Source of the DNA: an uncultured Clostridia bacterium
GTDB taxonomy: Bacteria; Bacillota; Clostridia; TANB77; CAG-508
Direction of reading: 5' to 3'
NCBI GenBank assembly: GCA_949538735.1
Contig: CATGLK010000011.1
Coordinates: 766-64,765, forward strand
Length of the DNA stretch: 64,000 nt
This document shows positions 48,783 through 58,612 of the stretch, piece after piece. The notes under the pieces were generated by a model. The model searched no databases and was not told the DNA's origin. It saw only the letters and a list, made by a program, of their open reading frames with translations. Position 1 is the first letter of the stretch. Each line of letters starts with the position of its first letter. The position numbers were made by a program, and so were the translations under genes.

Positions 48783-48982
48783 ATTTTCTCATTCCTTTTA
48801 GTAACCTTTATATCTCTATATCTGTATCTACAAAATATTCATTGATTGCTTTACATGTTGTTAACGAAATACTATTTTATTTAAAACATTTTACTAGTGC
48901 TCACATTATAACATTATCTTTTCACTTTATCAACTACATTCATTCCTACTAGCAAAAAAGCTATTGCATTTGCAACAGCTTT

Positions 48983-49468
48983 TTAGTATTTTCTCCCGCC
49001 TTGTATATGAATATATCTTATTTTTTCAAAATCATAACTTGTTACTAATTTCCCAAAAGTATCTATTGTATGGGATGCACTATATATTTCACCATTTTCT
49101 ATTTTTACAATTATTAACGTGTGGCCAAATGTAATCCCATCAAAAGAAAGTTGCGCTATATCTCCTATTTCTACTTTTTGTTTTGTTGTTTCTTTACCAT
49201 ATGGCCCTACTAACTTATTTTGTGTTAAAAATTTATAAAGATATTCTACACCACTCCACGATGGTGATTTCTCATTTCCATTTATATAGTACCACCCTCT
49301 GTTTTTTGTATAGTTCATTTCTTTTATTCCAGCATATATGCATTGTGATACATAGCTTGTACAATCTCCTCCTACTGTGTCAAAATTATAGTATTTTGGA
49401 TTTCGTTTATATGCCCATTCTTTTGCATATTTATATACTTGTTCTCTGTTATATTTGATTTCTTTCAT
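48983..49468 (-). CDS. Putative amidase-domain protein (CHAP/NlpC-like)
   Basis: VGGDCTSYVSQCIYAG ... H ... pattern. Confidence 0.5.
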   Translation of the reverse strand: MKEIKYNREQVYKYAKEWAYKRNPKYYNFDTVGGDCTSYVSQCIYAGIKEMNYTKNRGWYYINGNEKSPSWSGVEYLYKFLTQNKLVGPYGKETTKQKVEIGDIAQLSFDGITFGHTLIIVKIENGEIYSASHTIDTFGKLVTSYDFEKIRYIHIQGGRKY

Positions 49469-49558
49469 ACCTAGAACTCCTTATATGTTTTTATATAATA
49501 TGCTATTTTAAAAAATTTGTACAAAAAAACAGTAACTTTTTAGTTACTGTTCTTTTAT

Positions 49559-49634
49559 TGGTGGCTTCACCTGGAATCGAACCAGGGACACAGGGATTTT
49601 CAGTCCCTTGCTCTACCAACTGAGCTATAAAGCC
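49559..49634 (-). tRNA. tRNA-Phe (GAA)
   Basis: ggctttatagctcagttggtagagc...gactGAAaatc...ccacca. Confidence 0.85.
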
Positions 49635-49642
49635 AAAAAAAA

Positions 49643-49719
49643 TGGCGACCTGGAACGGGCTCGAACCGTCGACCTCTAGCGTGACAGGCTAGCGTTCTAA
49701 CCAACTGAACTACCGGGCC
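49643..49719 (-). tRNA. tRNA-Asp (GUC)
   Basis: ggcccggtagttcagttggttagaac...cctGTCacg...gcca. Confidence 0.85.
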
Positions 49720-49725
49720 ATAAAA

Positions 49726-49801
49726 TGGTGGTCGCTATAGGGCTCGAACCTATGACCCCCTGCTTGTAAGGCAGATGCTCTCCCAGCTGAGCTAAGCGAC
49801 C
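49726..49801 (-). tRNA. tRNA-Val (UAC)
   Basis: ggtcgcttagctcagctgggagagc...ccTTACaag...cacca. Confidence 0.85.
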
Positions 49802-49993
49802 GTGTGTCCTTTCGACGAGATTAATTATACTAATTTTTTTTCTAGTTGTCAATACATTTTTCAAAATTTTTTCATATTTTTTTAAAATTTTATTTTTTCA
49901 CCTAAAAATAGCCTGTTATGGACCAAATTAAAGAGCCTTAACATTCTAATATATGAAAAAAACTGCCATATTAATGACAGTTTTTTTCTGCTA

Positions 49994-50296
49994 CTAAATA
50001 CTCATTTCTGCACCTTTGAGATTAAGCCACTTATTTCTAAGTTTTGACTTAATAGCAATTACTTCATTTCCTTCTAACATATACTCAACTTTAGACCCCT
50101 GACGAATATTTTCTTTTTCGAATGCATTTCTAAAAGTTTCATATTCGTTTGCCGCAATTCTTTCCAAATCATTAAGGTTCACCAATTGTGAAAACCGATG
50201 ATTTAAATCATTTCTGAATTTAAGCTCTACGGCCCAAGTTGCGTCTTTGCCAAAATGAAGACTCGAGAAGTGAATAGTAGCTTTTCCTTTTTTCAT
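49994..50296 (-). CDS. Hypothetical protein (100 aa) in a locally GC-richer patch beside the tRNA cluster
   Basis: Own hairpin terminator at 49958..49988. Contains an in-frame CGG (NHRFSQ). Confidence 0.4.
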   Translation of the reverse strand: MKKGKATIHFSSLHFGKDATWAVELKFRNDLNHRFSQLVNLNDLERIAANEYETFRNAFEKENIRQGSKVEYMLEGNEVIAIKSKLRNKWLNLKGAEMSI

Positions 50297-50414
50297 GTCA
50301 ATCCTCCTCGTTGAATAGGAATTTATTCAACAATAGCAATAATGCTATATCTAGATTATACTACATTTTATGTTAATAGTCAATTTTTTTATTATAATTT
50401 GTGTATTTAATTTG

Positions 50415-51144
50415 TTACATATCTTTTTTTATGCTATTAAGCACATCTGATGTTGTATTACTTTTATCAAATTTACTAACAATTAAAATAATAGCTCCCA
50501 CAACTAAAACAATAGCTGCATACAACATCATACCAACTCGCCAATCTCCGATTGATCACATTATCGCCAGCCAAAGTAGAAGAAATAACAGAAGGAAAAC
50601 GAGCAAAAGTCGAAATCAAAATAAATCTACTTGGCTTAATTGGTAGCAACCCAGCAACATATACTAACAAATCCTTTGGTGTACCAGGAAGCAAAAATAA
50701 TATCAACATTATAAATTCAATTTTCTTCGGATTTTGAAACAACTTACTGTTTTCAATTTTAGAAACTTTCTTCTCATCACAAAAATCGTAAACAAATTTC
50801 TTACCAAATTTCCTTACCAACAGATATATAGAAATAGATACAATTGCAGCAGATGTCATAATAAACACTGTTCCCCACACACTGCCATAACACATTCCAG
50901 CTAATATTTCTATTGGTTCACCTGGCACTATTATTAAAAATATCTGAGCCAATTGAAGGCCAAAAAGCGTTAGCACTCCAAGCACACCTGAATTGTCTAT
51001 TTTTTCCTTGAAAGCCATTTTACCTTCCACTGTTGCTAAATTTTTCATCACTGGAAATAAGTATACACTTATTCCTATTAATAATGCTACTACTGCTATT
51101 CCAATTATTATTTTAAATGCTTTTACTTTATTTTTTCTACTCAT
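50415..51144 (-). CDS. TVP38/TMEM64 (DedA-like) membrane protein, with one +1 frame break near 50550
   Basis: ...STLAGDNVIN | GDWRVGMMLYAAIVLVVGAIIL... is recovered only after skipping a C before GGA. Confidence 0.7.
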
Positions 51145-51192
51145 AATACTACCTTCTTTTAAATTTCTTGTTCAGCAGGGGTCTCTCTCCCT

Positions 51193-51264
51193 TAGCAATA
51201 AATTGCCAATAAGGACCGTCCCCAGTGACAATTTATTGCCAAAAAGGTCCGTCCCCGTTGGCAA
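51193..51264. repeat. A-family repeat pair A3 (direct)
   Basis: ttgccaataaggaccgtccccagtgacaa ... ttgccaaaaaggtccgtccccgttggcaa. Confidence 0.8.
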
Positions 51265-51267
51265 TTT

Positions 51268-52557
51268 CTAAAAATACTTGATTGTAAAAATTGTTCCTTT
51301 TCCTTCTTCTGATTCCGCTTCTACGTATCCGCCATTGCTTTCTATTATTGATTTTGCCAATGCTAGTCCAATTCCTACACTTTCATTTGAAGATTTTTCG
51401 CCTTTGTAAAATCTTTCAAAAATATGTGGTAAATCTTTTTCAGAAATTCCTACACCATAGTCTTTAATTTTTATTTCTGTATATATTTTGTTTTGTTCAC
51501 AAATTATATCTACATTCGAGGTTACTCTTGAATGTTCTATTGCATTTTTCAAAATGTTTGTTACTGCTTCTACTTGCCATTTTAGGTCACAAGATATTTT
51601 GCTTTCTACTTGTCCTATTACATTTATTTTTATGTCTTTTAAGTCACACAATGTTGAGACATTTTTAATGCTTTCATTAATAATATTTTCAATTCTTTCT
51701 TCTTTATTTATGAACTTTACACTGTTTGCGTCTAATTTTGATAATTTTAATAGTGAATTCACTAAAAAGTTTATATTTATAATTTCTCTTTTTATGTCTT
51801 TTATAAATTCATTTCTAGTTTCTTTGTTCATTTCAGGATTATCCAAAATATTATCAAGCATAATTGATATTGATGTTAGTGGTGTTTTTAGTTGATGTGA
51901 TATGTCTGATAGTGAATTTTTCAGATTGATTTTATCTTGTTTTGAATTTTCTGCTATTTCTTTTAACATAATTGTTGTTTTATATACTTCATTTTTCAAA
52001 ATAGACAATTCGTCTTCTGTATTGTCTTCTATATCTAGCTTGTATTTTCCACTATTTATTTCTTCTATATATCTTGTTATTTCTTCTAGTTTTTTATCTT
52101 TTGAATGATTATATACTAAAAACACTAAAATCATTGTAATTGCAAGTGCTACAAGAATAGCCAAATCTAATATTAAATATGTTAAAAAATATTTTTCGTT
52201 ATCAAAAATTATAGAGTCTTTTTCAGCATCTATACCAAACTCTCTTAAAATCGATGTATCTACTTCTTCTTTGTTATTTATTATATTCATAATTTCATTT
52301 TGGCTAATGTCTGGGTATTTCTCATTTATTTTTGTAATTATACTTAATATTTTTTCATTTAAATTGCTTGTATATGTTTTATATTGATTATATTGCATTA
52401 CTCCAAATATACATATAGCAATTGCAATTATATAAAAGCTTATTATTATTGTTTTTTTCAATTCCACTTTATTCTTCATTTTGATTTTGTTCCTTCCGTC
52501 ATATCTTGTTGCTATCAGGTTTCTTTGTTTTTTCCTGTAATACTGTAATGACTGCAA
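51268..52557 (-). CDS. Sensor histidine kinase (two TM segments, extracytoplasmic loop, HisKA, HATPase)
   Basis: H-box SHQLKTPL. N/G boxes near the C-terminus. Confidence 0.8.
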   Translation of the reverse strand: MQSLQYYRKKQRNLIATRYDGRNKIKMKNKVELKKTIIISFYIIAIAICIFGVMQYNQYKTYTSNLNEKILSIITKINEKYPDISQNEIMNIINNKEEVDTSILREFGIDAEKDSIIFDNEKYFLTYLILDLAILVALAITMILVFLVYNHSKDKKLEEITRYIEEINSGKYKLDIEDNTEDELSILKNEVYKTTIMLKEIAENSKQDKINLKNSLSDISHQLKTPLTSISIMLDNILDNPEMNKETRNEFIKDIKREIININFLVNSLLKLSKLDANSVKFINKEERIENIINESIKNVSTLCDLKDIKINVIGQVESKISCDLKWQVEAVTNILKNAIEHSRVTSNVDIICEQNKIYTEIKIKDYGVGISEKDLPHIFERFYKGEKSSNESVGIGLALAKSIIESNGGYVEAESEEGKGTIFTIKYF

Positions 52558-52559
52558 TA

Positions 52560-53228
52560 TTATTCTTCTTTATCAACCCTATATCCTATACCTTTAACTG
52601 TGGTTATTATGCCATTTCCCACTTTTTCTCTTATTCTTTTTAGATATACAGTTACTGTGTTGTCATTTACATCATTCCCTGTCCATTCCCATATCTTCTC
52701 TATTATATCATTCCTTGCAACCACTCTATTCAAATTTGTAAATAATAAATGTAATATTTTTAACTCTAAACTTGTTAAAATTATTTCTTTATTGCTTTTA
52801 TATACCACCATTTTATCCAAGTCAAATTCAATATCTTTCACTTTTACAATTAAATTTTTTCTTTCTTTTATAATAATCTTATTTATCCTTGCAATCAACT
52901 CTCTTGTAGAAAAAGGCTTTGTAATGTAATCTTCTGCCCCTAACTCTAGCCCTTTTACTATATCATCTTCTTCATCTTTTGCCGTCAAAAAAATTGTTGG
53001 GATATTTTTATCTTTTAAATCTTCCTCATATAATGTAAATCCGTCTCCATCTGGAAGCGAAATATCTAGTATTACTAATTTTGTTTTTGTATTTTCACTT
53101 TTATTCTTTAAAAAAGCCCTTGTTTCTTTTACATTAGCTTTGTGTATTGGTTCATATCCATTTTGTTTTAATGTGTATAGCAAACCCTTTGCCACCATTT
53201 CATTATCTTCCACTAGTAAAATCTGCAT
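52560..53228 (-). CDS. OmpR-family response regulator
   Basis: MQILLVEDNEMV... receiver domain plus winged-helix C-terminus. Confidence 0.85.
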   Translation of the reverse strand: MQILLVEDNEMVAKGLLYTLKQNGYEPIHKANVKETRAFLKNKSENTKTKLVILDISLPDGDGFTLYEEDLKDKNIPTIFLTAKDEEDDIVKGLELGAEDYITKPFSTRELIARINKIIIKERKNLIVKVKDIEFDLDKMVVYKSNKEIILTSLELKILHLLFTNLNRVVARNDIIEKIWEWTGNDVNDNTVTVYLKRIREKVGNGIITTVKGIGYRVDKEE

Positions 53229-53271
53229 AAACTCTCACTCCCGTTTATTATTATACTTCTTATTTCTAAAA

Positions 53272-53387
53272 TTGCCAAGAGGGACGGACCTTTTTGGCAA
53301 TAAATTGTCAACGGGGACGGTGCTTTCTGGCAATAAATTGCCAAAAAGGTCCGTCCCCAGTGGCAAAAAAGTCTGTCTCCAATGGCA
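53272..53387. repeat. A-family repeat cluster A4 (four units, mixed orientation) between the response regulator and the permease
   Basis: ttgccaagagggacggacctttttggcaa / ttgtcaacggggacggtgctttctggcaa / ttgccaaaaaggtccgtccccagtggcaa / degenerate fourth unit. Confidence 0.8.
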
Positions 53388-53391
53388 TGCT

Positions 53392-55965
53392 TTAAATGTT
53401 TTCTTTTCTTATTGTTTCAATTGTATTTTGCTTGTTTATTTTATTAATTGAATACTTCATTATAATAAATACCAAAACAAATACACCTATAATTGAAATC
53501 AATATTGGTTCATATGGAATTTTTATTCCACTGTCTAATTTTATTGAAAATGCCTTATATAATGCAAATGTAGCCAATAATCCTAAGGCGATTCCATATA
53601 TTAAAGATTTTGTTCCATAAAATAATGTTTCTAAACGTATCATTCTGTTAAATTCTTTTTTGGTCATTCCTATACTTTTTAGCATTGCAAATTCTTTTTG
53701 TCTTAATTCCATATTAGATGTAATTGTATTGAATATGTTTGTTATTCCTATTAATGTGATTACTGTTATAAATCCATATAAAAATATGCTTATTATAAGA
53801 ACCATAGATTTTTCCGCTTCTTCTGATTCTTGTATGTCTGTGCGTTCAATTCCTGAGTGGATTTTTTCTACTTCGTCCATTATTTTTGATGTGTCTTCTG
53901 TGTTTATAAGTATTGCATTAAGTTCAAATTCTATATCTTTAAATTCGTCTACATCAAAAACTATATATCCACCGTCATAAAATACTGTCTCTTTTCCATA
54001 TGGTGGCGTTTCTGTCACAGCTCCAACTTTTACATTTATTTCTTTGTCTTCAAATTTTCCAGTTATTGTGTCTCCTGCCTTGTATTTATATCTCCTTGTT
54101 TGTTTTATTGAAGCTTTGTCTTCTTCTAAATATTGAACTAAATCGCATAAAATTCCGTCTTTTTTTACTTTATTATAATCTATTCCCGCCTTTTTACAAT
54201 ACTTTTGGAATGTATTGTCATCAAGTCCAACTAGCCTTAAATTTGCGACTTCTGGTCCATTTGTAAATATTTCTTCATTTTTTTCTTTACTATAATAATA
54301 ATCTACATTATAAGCAAAACCGTCTTCTTCATTGATTTTACTCTTGTCACTTATTCTTATGCTGTTTGGGTTTCTATAATTTATGAAATATTCATCTATT
54401 CCTTCTATTGCCAAAATGCTGTTTTTGTTTTGTTCCAATATTCCTTCACTATTGTATAAAATTAAGTTATAGTTATAATCTTTGTAATACACTCCTGTTA
54501 GGCCAAATGCGTATGTTAATAAGCTGTTCATTGATATAAAAATACATACACTTACTGCTATTGATATGACTGTTGTTCTGTATTTCTTTTTGCTTCTTTT
54601 TAGGTTCTTGTACGCTAAAACTCCACCTGTTTTAAATATTTTTTGTATTATTTTTGGCACTTTTAATTTTTTATTTTTTATTTTGATATCATTTGAATTT
54701 CTTAAATTTTCTATTGGTGATACTTTGCTTGCTTTTTTTGCTGATGATATACTTGATAGATATATTGTTACAATTCCTAATATTGCGGATAATATTATTG
54801 GTAATATTGATATTTCTAGTACCATTGCGCCTGTACGTGCAAATAGATATTCACCTATTACTGCATTAACTATTTTAACTAGTACAAAGCACGCGAATAT
54901 TCCTGATAATATTCCTAGCGGAATTCCTACTGTGCCTAATATTAAACCTTCAAATATAACATTTTTTCTTATTTGCTTTTTAGTCGCTCCAATACTTGCT
55001 AGCATTCCATACATTTTTGTTTTTTCAGCTGTCGCTATTGCAAATGAATTTCTTATACAAAACACACTTGTAAATATTATAATAATTACAACAACTGCTG
55101 CAACTGTATATATCATTGATATCGTTGAATCACTAAATTTAAAAACTTCCCATTTTAGTAGCTCTTCGTTTATTTCGAATTCTTCATATTTCGTTTCTCC
55201 CTTTGCTTGTGCCAAATCATCAATCTCTGATACACCTAATATTTCTGATATTGATTTTTCATATTGTTTTGGATTATTTAAAGCTATGTATGCAATTTTA
55301 TTTCCTTCATTCTTATTTGTTGTAATAGCTGTGTAACCTGGGTCACTATATCCTTCCTGAATTGAAGATGGTCTTTCCATTATTCCAACAATAGTATACT
55401 CGCTTGTTTCCGCTTCTGATATTTTCTCTTCGTTTTCTATATATGGATTATGGCTATATAGCTTTCCTCCGTCCAAAGTAGTCCTTTTTCCTAAATCCAA
55501 TTTTATTTTGTCGCCTATTTTATAAGGCTCACCGTCCCTTTTATTGGTCATATTAGATGCAATTATGATTTCATTACTATCTTTTGGAAACTTTCCTTCT
55601 ATTAAATTAAATTTTAAATATTCAAATGTAGTTCTATTCATTGATAAAAGCTTTAAATATGGCTTACTATCACTCTTCATATTCTGTAATTTAGCATAAC
55701 CATTTTCATAAATTGTATAAATACTTTTCACATCTCTGTTATTTTGTAAAGTCTTCAAATTATCATTTGTAATATTAGACAATGTTAAATGATAGTATCC
55801 AGCTGTGTCAACTGCCTCTTGCACTAGCGTTGCTTGCAAGCTGATTGCCATTGTTGCAACAGCACATATTAAAGCAACTGACAATATAATTCCTATTATT
55901 GTACTTATTGTCCTCTTTTTATTGAACTTCAAATTCTTAATAGACACTTTATTTAAGATTTTCAT
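53392..55965 (-). CDS. ABC transporter permease with two FtsX domains (MacB/Bce-like)
   Basis: 857 aa, 8-10 TM segments, large extracytoplasmic domains. Confidence 0.75.
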   Translation of the reverse strand: MKILNKVSIKNLKFNKKRTISTIIGIILSVALICAVATMAISLQATLVQEAVDTAGYYHLTLSNITNDNLKTLQNNRDVKSIYTIYENGYAKLQNMKSDSKPYLKLLSMNRTTFEYLKFNLIEGKFPKDSNEIIIASNMTNKRDGEPYKIGDKIKLDLGKRTTLDGGKLYSHNPYIENEEKISEAETSEYTIVGIMERPSSIQEGYSDPGYTAITTNKNEGNKIAYIALNNPKQYEKSISEILGVSEIDDLAQAKGETKYEEFEINEELLKWEVFKFSDSTISMIYTVAAVVVIIIIFTSVFCIRNSFAIATAEKTKMYGMLASIGATKKQIRKNVIFEGLILGTVGIPLGILSGIFACFVLVKIVNAVIGEYLFARTGAMVLEISILPIILSAILGIVTIYLSSISSAKKASKVSPIENLRNSNDIKIKNKKLKVPKIIQKIFKTGGVLAYKNLKRSKKKYRTTVISIAVSVCIFISMNSLLTYAFGLTGVYYKDYNYNLILYNSEGILEQNKNSILAIEGIDEYFINYRNPNSIRISDKSKINEEDGFAYNVDYYYSKEKNEEIFTNGPEVANLRLVGLDDNTFQKYCKKAGIDYNKVKKDGILCDLVQYLEEDKASIKQTRRYKYKAGDTITGKFEDKEINVKVGAVTETPPYGKETVFYDGGYIVFDVDEFKDIEFELNAILINTEDTSKIMDEVEKIHSGIERTDIQESEEAEKSMVLIISIFLYGFITVITLIGITNIFNTITSNMELRQKEFAMLKSIGMTKKEFNRMIRLETLFYGTKSLIYGIALGLLATFALYKAFSIKLDSGIKIPYEPILISIIGVFVLVFIIMKYSINKINKQNTIETIRKENI

Positions 55966-55977
55966 TTTGCACCTCCT

Positions 55978-56641
55978 TTAAACAATTTTTCCGTCTTCAA
56001 TTTTGATAATTCTATCCGCAATTTTTGCAATTTCCATATTGTGTGTAATCATTATAATAGTTTGTTTATAATCTCTATTTGACTTTTTTAACAGTTCCAC
56101 AATCTCGCTACTTGCCTTACTATCTAAGTTTCCTGTTGGCTCATCTGCCAATATTATTGCAGGATTAGTTATCATAGCCCTTCCTATTGATGTCCTTTGT
56201 TGTTGCCCACCTGATAATTCATTTGGCAAATGATTTTTTCTTTGCTCCAAACCTAGTAGTTTTAACATCTCACTTAACTTTTGCTTATTAACTGGTCTAT
56301 TATCTAGATCTAATGGCAAAGTTATATTCTCTTCAACATTTAAAATAGGTATCAAATTATAAAATTGATAAATCAAACCAACTTGCCTTCTTCTAAAAAT
56401 CGCAAGCTCATCATCATTAAACTTGTGAATATCCTTTCCATCAATAAAAACCTTTCCACTTGTAGGCCTATCAACACCACCAATTAAATGCAATAATGTT
56501 GACTTCCCACTACCAGAAGCACCGCACAATCGCAACAAACTCCCCTTTCTCCACTTTAAAAGAAACATTATCCAAAGCCGTAACCTTAGTTGAACCTTTC
56601 CCATAAACTTTACTTAAATTCTCCACTTTCAATATTTCCAT
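55978..56641 (-). CDS. ABC transporter ATP-binding protein, with one +1 frame break near 56524 inside the Walker A motif
   Basis: MEILKVENLSKVYGKGSTKVTALDNVSFKVEKGEFVAIV | GASGSGKSTLLHLIGG ... LSGGQQQR ... ILADEPTGNLD. Confidence 0.8.
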
Positions 56642-56722
56642 TATTTAGACTCCTTCCTTTTCTCTTTCATAATTATACTTTAACACATCAGTTGTGACAA
56701 CTAAGTGACTTTTAAAAAATTA

Positions 56723-56770
56723 TTGCCATTGGGGACGGACCTTTTTGGCAATTTTTTGCCAACAGGGACA
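56723..56770. repeat. A-family repeat A5 upstream of the ABC operon
   Basis: ttgccattggggacggacctttttggcaa + ttttttgccaacagggaca. Confidence 0.75.
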
Positions 56771-56817
56771 CTCCTTCATTCATAAAATTAATTTTTTTTA
56801 ATATATTTTTTATAAAG

Positions 56818-57636
56818 GTGATTATTTTGAAAATTTTCTTATTAACTAAAAAAACGATATTTATTAGTACTTTTATAGCACTTGCTACTATTATAATATT
56901 ACTTTTAATTTTTACATTTAATACTCCTGTTAATTTTGCAGTTGAACTAACTCACAATTGTGTTGTTTCAGATGTTTTTATAGATGAAGTGGCTAATCTT
57001 ACTAAAAAATCTGAAAAAATAGCATATTTGACTTTTGATGACGGGCCAACTACTTCTGTTACTCCAAAAATTTTGGATATTTTAAAAGAAGAAAATGTAA
57101 AAGCTACTTTTTTTGTAATTGGAAAATCTGCTGAAGAACATCCGGAGATTGTAAAACGTGCTTATGATGAAGGTCATTACATTGCTAATCATGGCTATTC
57201 TCACAACAATTCTAAATTGTATAAAAGTCTTGATAGTTTTAAAAATGAGATTGAAAAAACTGATGTGGCTATTGGAAAAGCTATTGGAAAAGATGACTAT
57301 TGTTCTCATGTTTTCAGATTTCCTAATGGCTTTATGTCTCCTAATTATAAGTCAAAAAAGAAAGAAGCTGCTAAACTTCTTTCTGAAATGAATTATACCT
57401 ATATTGATTGGAATTGCTTAAACAATGATTCCATTAAAAAATATAGTTCTAATCAGTTATTAAATAATCTTAAAAAATCGTGCAAAAATAAGAATACCTT
57501 AGTTGTTTTAATGCATGATACAAAAGATGTTAGTAATAGTTCTCTTGTTTTAAAAGATTCTATTTCATATTTAAGGTCACAAGGTTATACATTTAGAAAC
57601 TTTTATTATTTTTTTGAGGACAAAGGCGGACGTTAA
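56818..57636 (+). CDS. Polysaccharide deacetylase (NodB-type)
   Basis: YLTFDDGP motif and His ligands. Confidence 0.8.
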   Translation: MIILKIFLLTKKTIFISTFIALATIIILLLIFTFNTPVNFAVELTHNCVVSDVFIDEVANLTKKSEKIAYLTFDDGPTTSVTPKILDILKEENVKATFFVIGKSAEEHPEIVKRAYDEGHYIANHGYSHNNSKLYKSLDSFKNEIEKTDVAIGKAIGKDDYCSHVFRFPNGFMSPNYKSKKKEAAKLLSEMNYTYIDWNCLNNDSIKKYSSNQLLNNLKKSCKNKNTLVVLMHDTKDVSNSSLVLKDSISYLRSQGYTFRNFYYFFEDKGGR

Positions 57637-57704
57637 TAACATTGTCTCTGTTTAAAACATTGTAAAGTCTGCGTATTTGTTCGTCATTAAAAAGTGGTTA
57701 ATAT

Positions 57705-57737
57705 GGGTGTTTTTTAGGACTGTCCCCAAAAACACCC
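57705..57737. repeat. B-family palindromic repeat B2
   Basis: gggtgttttttaggactgtccccaaaaacaccc. Confidence 0.8.
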
Positions 57738-57740
57738 TTT

Positions 57741-57974
57741 TTAATCGTCTATTATTTCTGGACCTGCTATATTGATTTTTCTACTAGTTTTGTTTTTTGG
57801 CTTGTTAGCAGTGTTTGCTCCGCCAGAAATTTTTTCGTATGTTTCTAAATTCATAATAACCATTGAACCATATCCATTTTGTGTTAAATATACATTTTCT
57901 GCTTGGTCTACTACTAAGTCTTGTATTTTTGCAAAGTTTTCTTTTAAGTCTGATGTTGGCATAATGTGTAACAT
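57741..57974 (-). CDS. Phd/YefM-family type II antitoxin with no toxin gene
   Basis: 77 aa ...VYLTQNGYGSMVIMNLETYEKI. Downstream, where the toxin would sit, is the B2 repeat. Confidence 0.6.
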   Translation of the reverse strand: MLHIMPTSDLKENFAKIQDLVVDQAENVYLTQNGYGSMVIMNLETYEKISGGANTANKPKNKTSRKINIAGPEIIDD

Positions 57975-58129
57975 ATAACTCCTCCTTTTTTATCTGTTCT
58001 TTTTTTATTATTTCCTAAGGTTTGTTTCTTTATTACATTTTTTAGAAATTAATTTTGGTTTATAATATTTTTTACGTTTTTGGAAATACTATTATTGTTA
58101 AATTTATATGATTAATTGGAGTGTGTTTC

Positions 58130-58564
58130 ATGGAAAATCAAAATTTGAATATTTTAGATGAAGTTAATAAGGGTGCTACTATGGGTATGGATGCAATTTC
58201 TTTTGTTTCTGAAAAGGTTAAAGATAATGATTTCAGAAAGGTTTTAGATGTGGAGTATAATAAGTATAAGGAGATTTCTAATAAGGTTAATGATTTGTAT
58301 TCTGATTATTCTAGTGCTGAACCTCACGAGACTAATGCTATGAATAAGATGATGACTTGGTATGGTATTCAAATGAAGACTATGTCTGATGATACTACTT
58401 CTAAGTTGTCTGAGCTTTTGATGCAGGGTACTAATATGGGAATTATTGAGGGTAGACGTTTGATTAATCAAAATCCTGATGCTGATAGGCCTGTTATGAA
58501 TATTTTGGATAGTTTTGTTTCTATGCAAGAGGATAGTGTTGAGACTTTGAAGAAGTATTTGTAG
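58130..58564 (+). CDS. Hypothetical protein
   Basis: 145 aa. RBS ttggag then ATG. Followed by a hairpin terminator. Confidence 0.4.
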   Translation: MENQNLNILDEVNKGATMGMDAISFVSEKVKDNDFRKVLDVEYNKYKEISNKVNDLYSDYSSAEPHETNAMNKMMTWYGIQMKTMSDDTTSKLSELLMQGTNMGIIEGRRLINQNPDADRPVMNILDSFVSMQEDSVETLKKYL

Positions 58565-58570
58565 AATATA

Positions 58571-58598
58571 AAAAGGACGAATTTTTCGTCCTTTTTAA
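58571..58598. terminator. Bidirectional hairpin terminator
   Basis: aaggacgaa-ttttt-cgtcctt flanked by A/T runs. Confidence 0.6.
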
Positions 58599-58612
58599 TT
58601 TTCCTATATGTA

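Noticed and set aside
53272-53387. Cluster of four 29-bp repeats that might be taken for a CRISPR array. The same applies at 51193 and 41920.
   Set aside because: Units are contiguous or inverted with no unique spacers. They are internally palindromic and scattered singly elsewhere. This is MITE/REP-like, not CRISPR.
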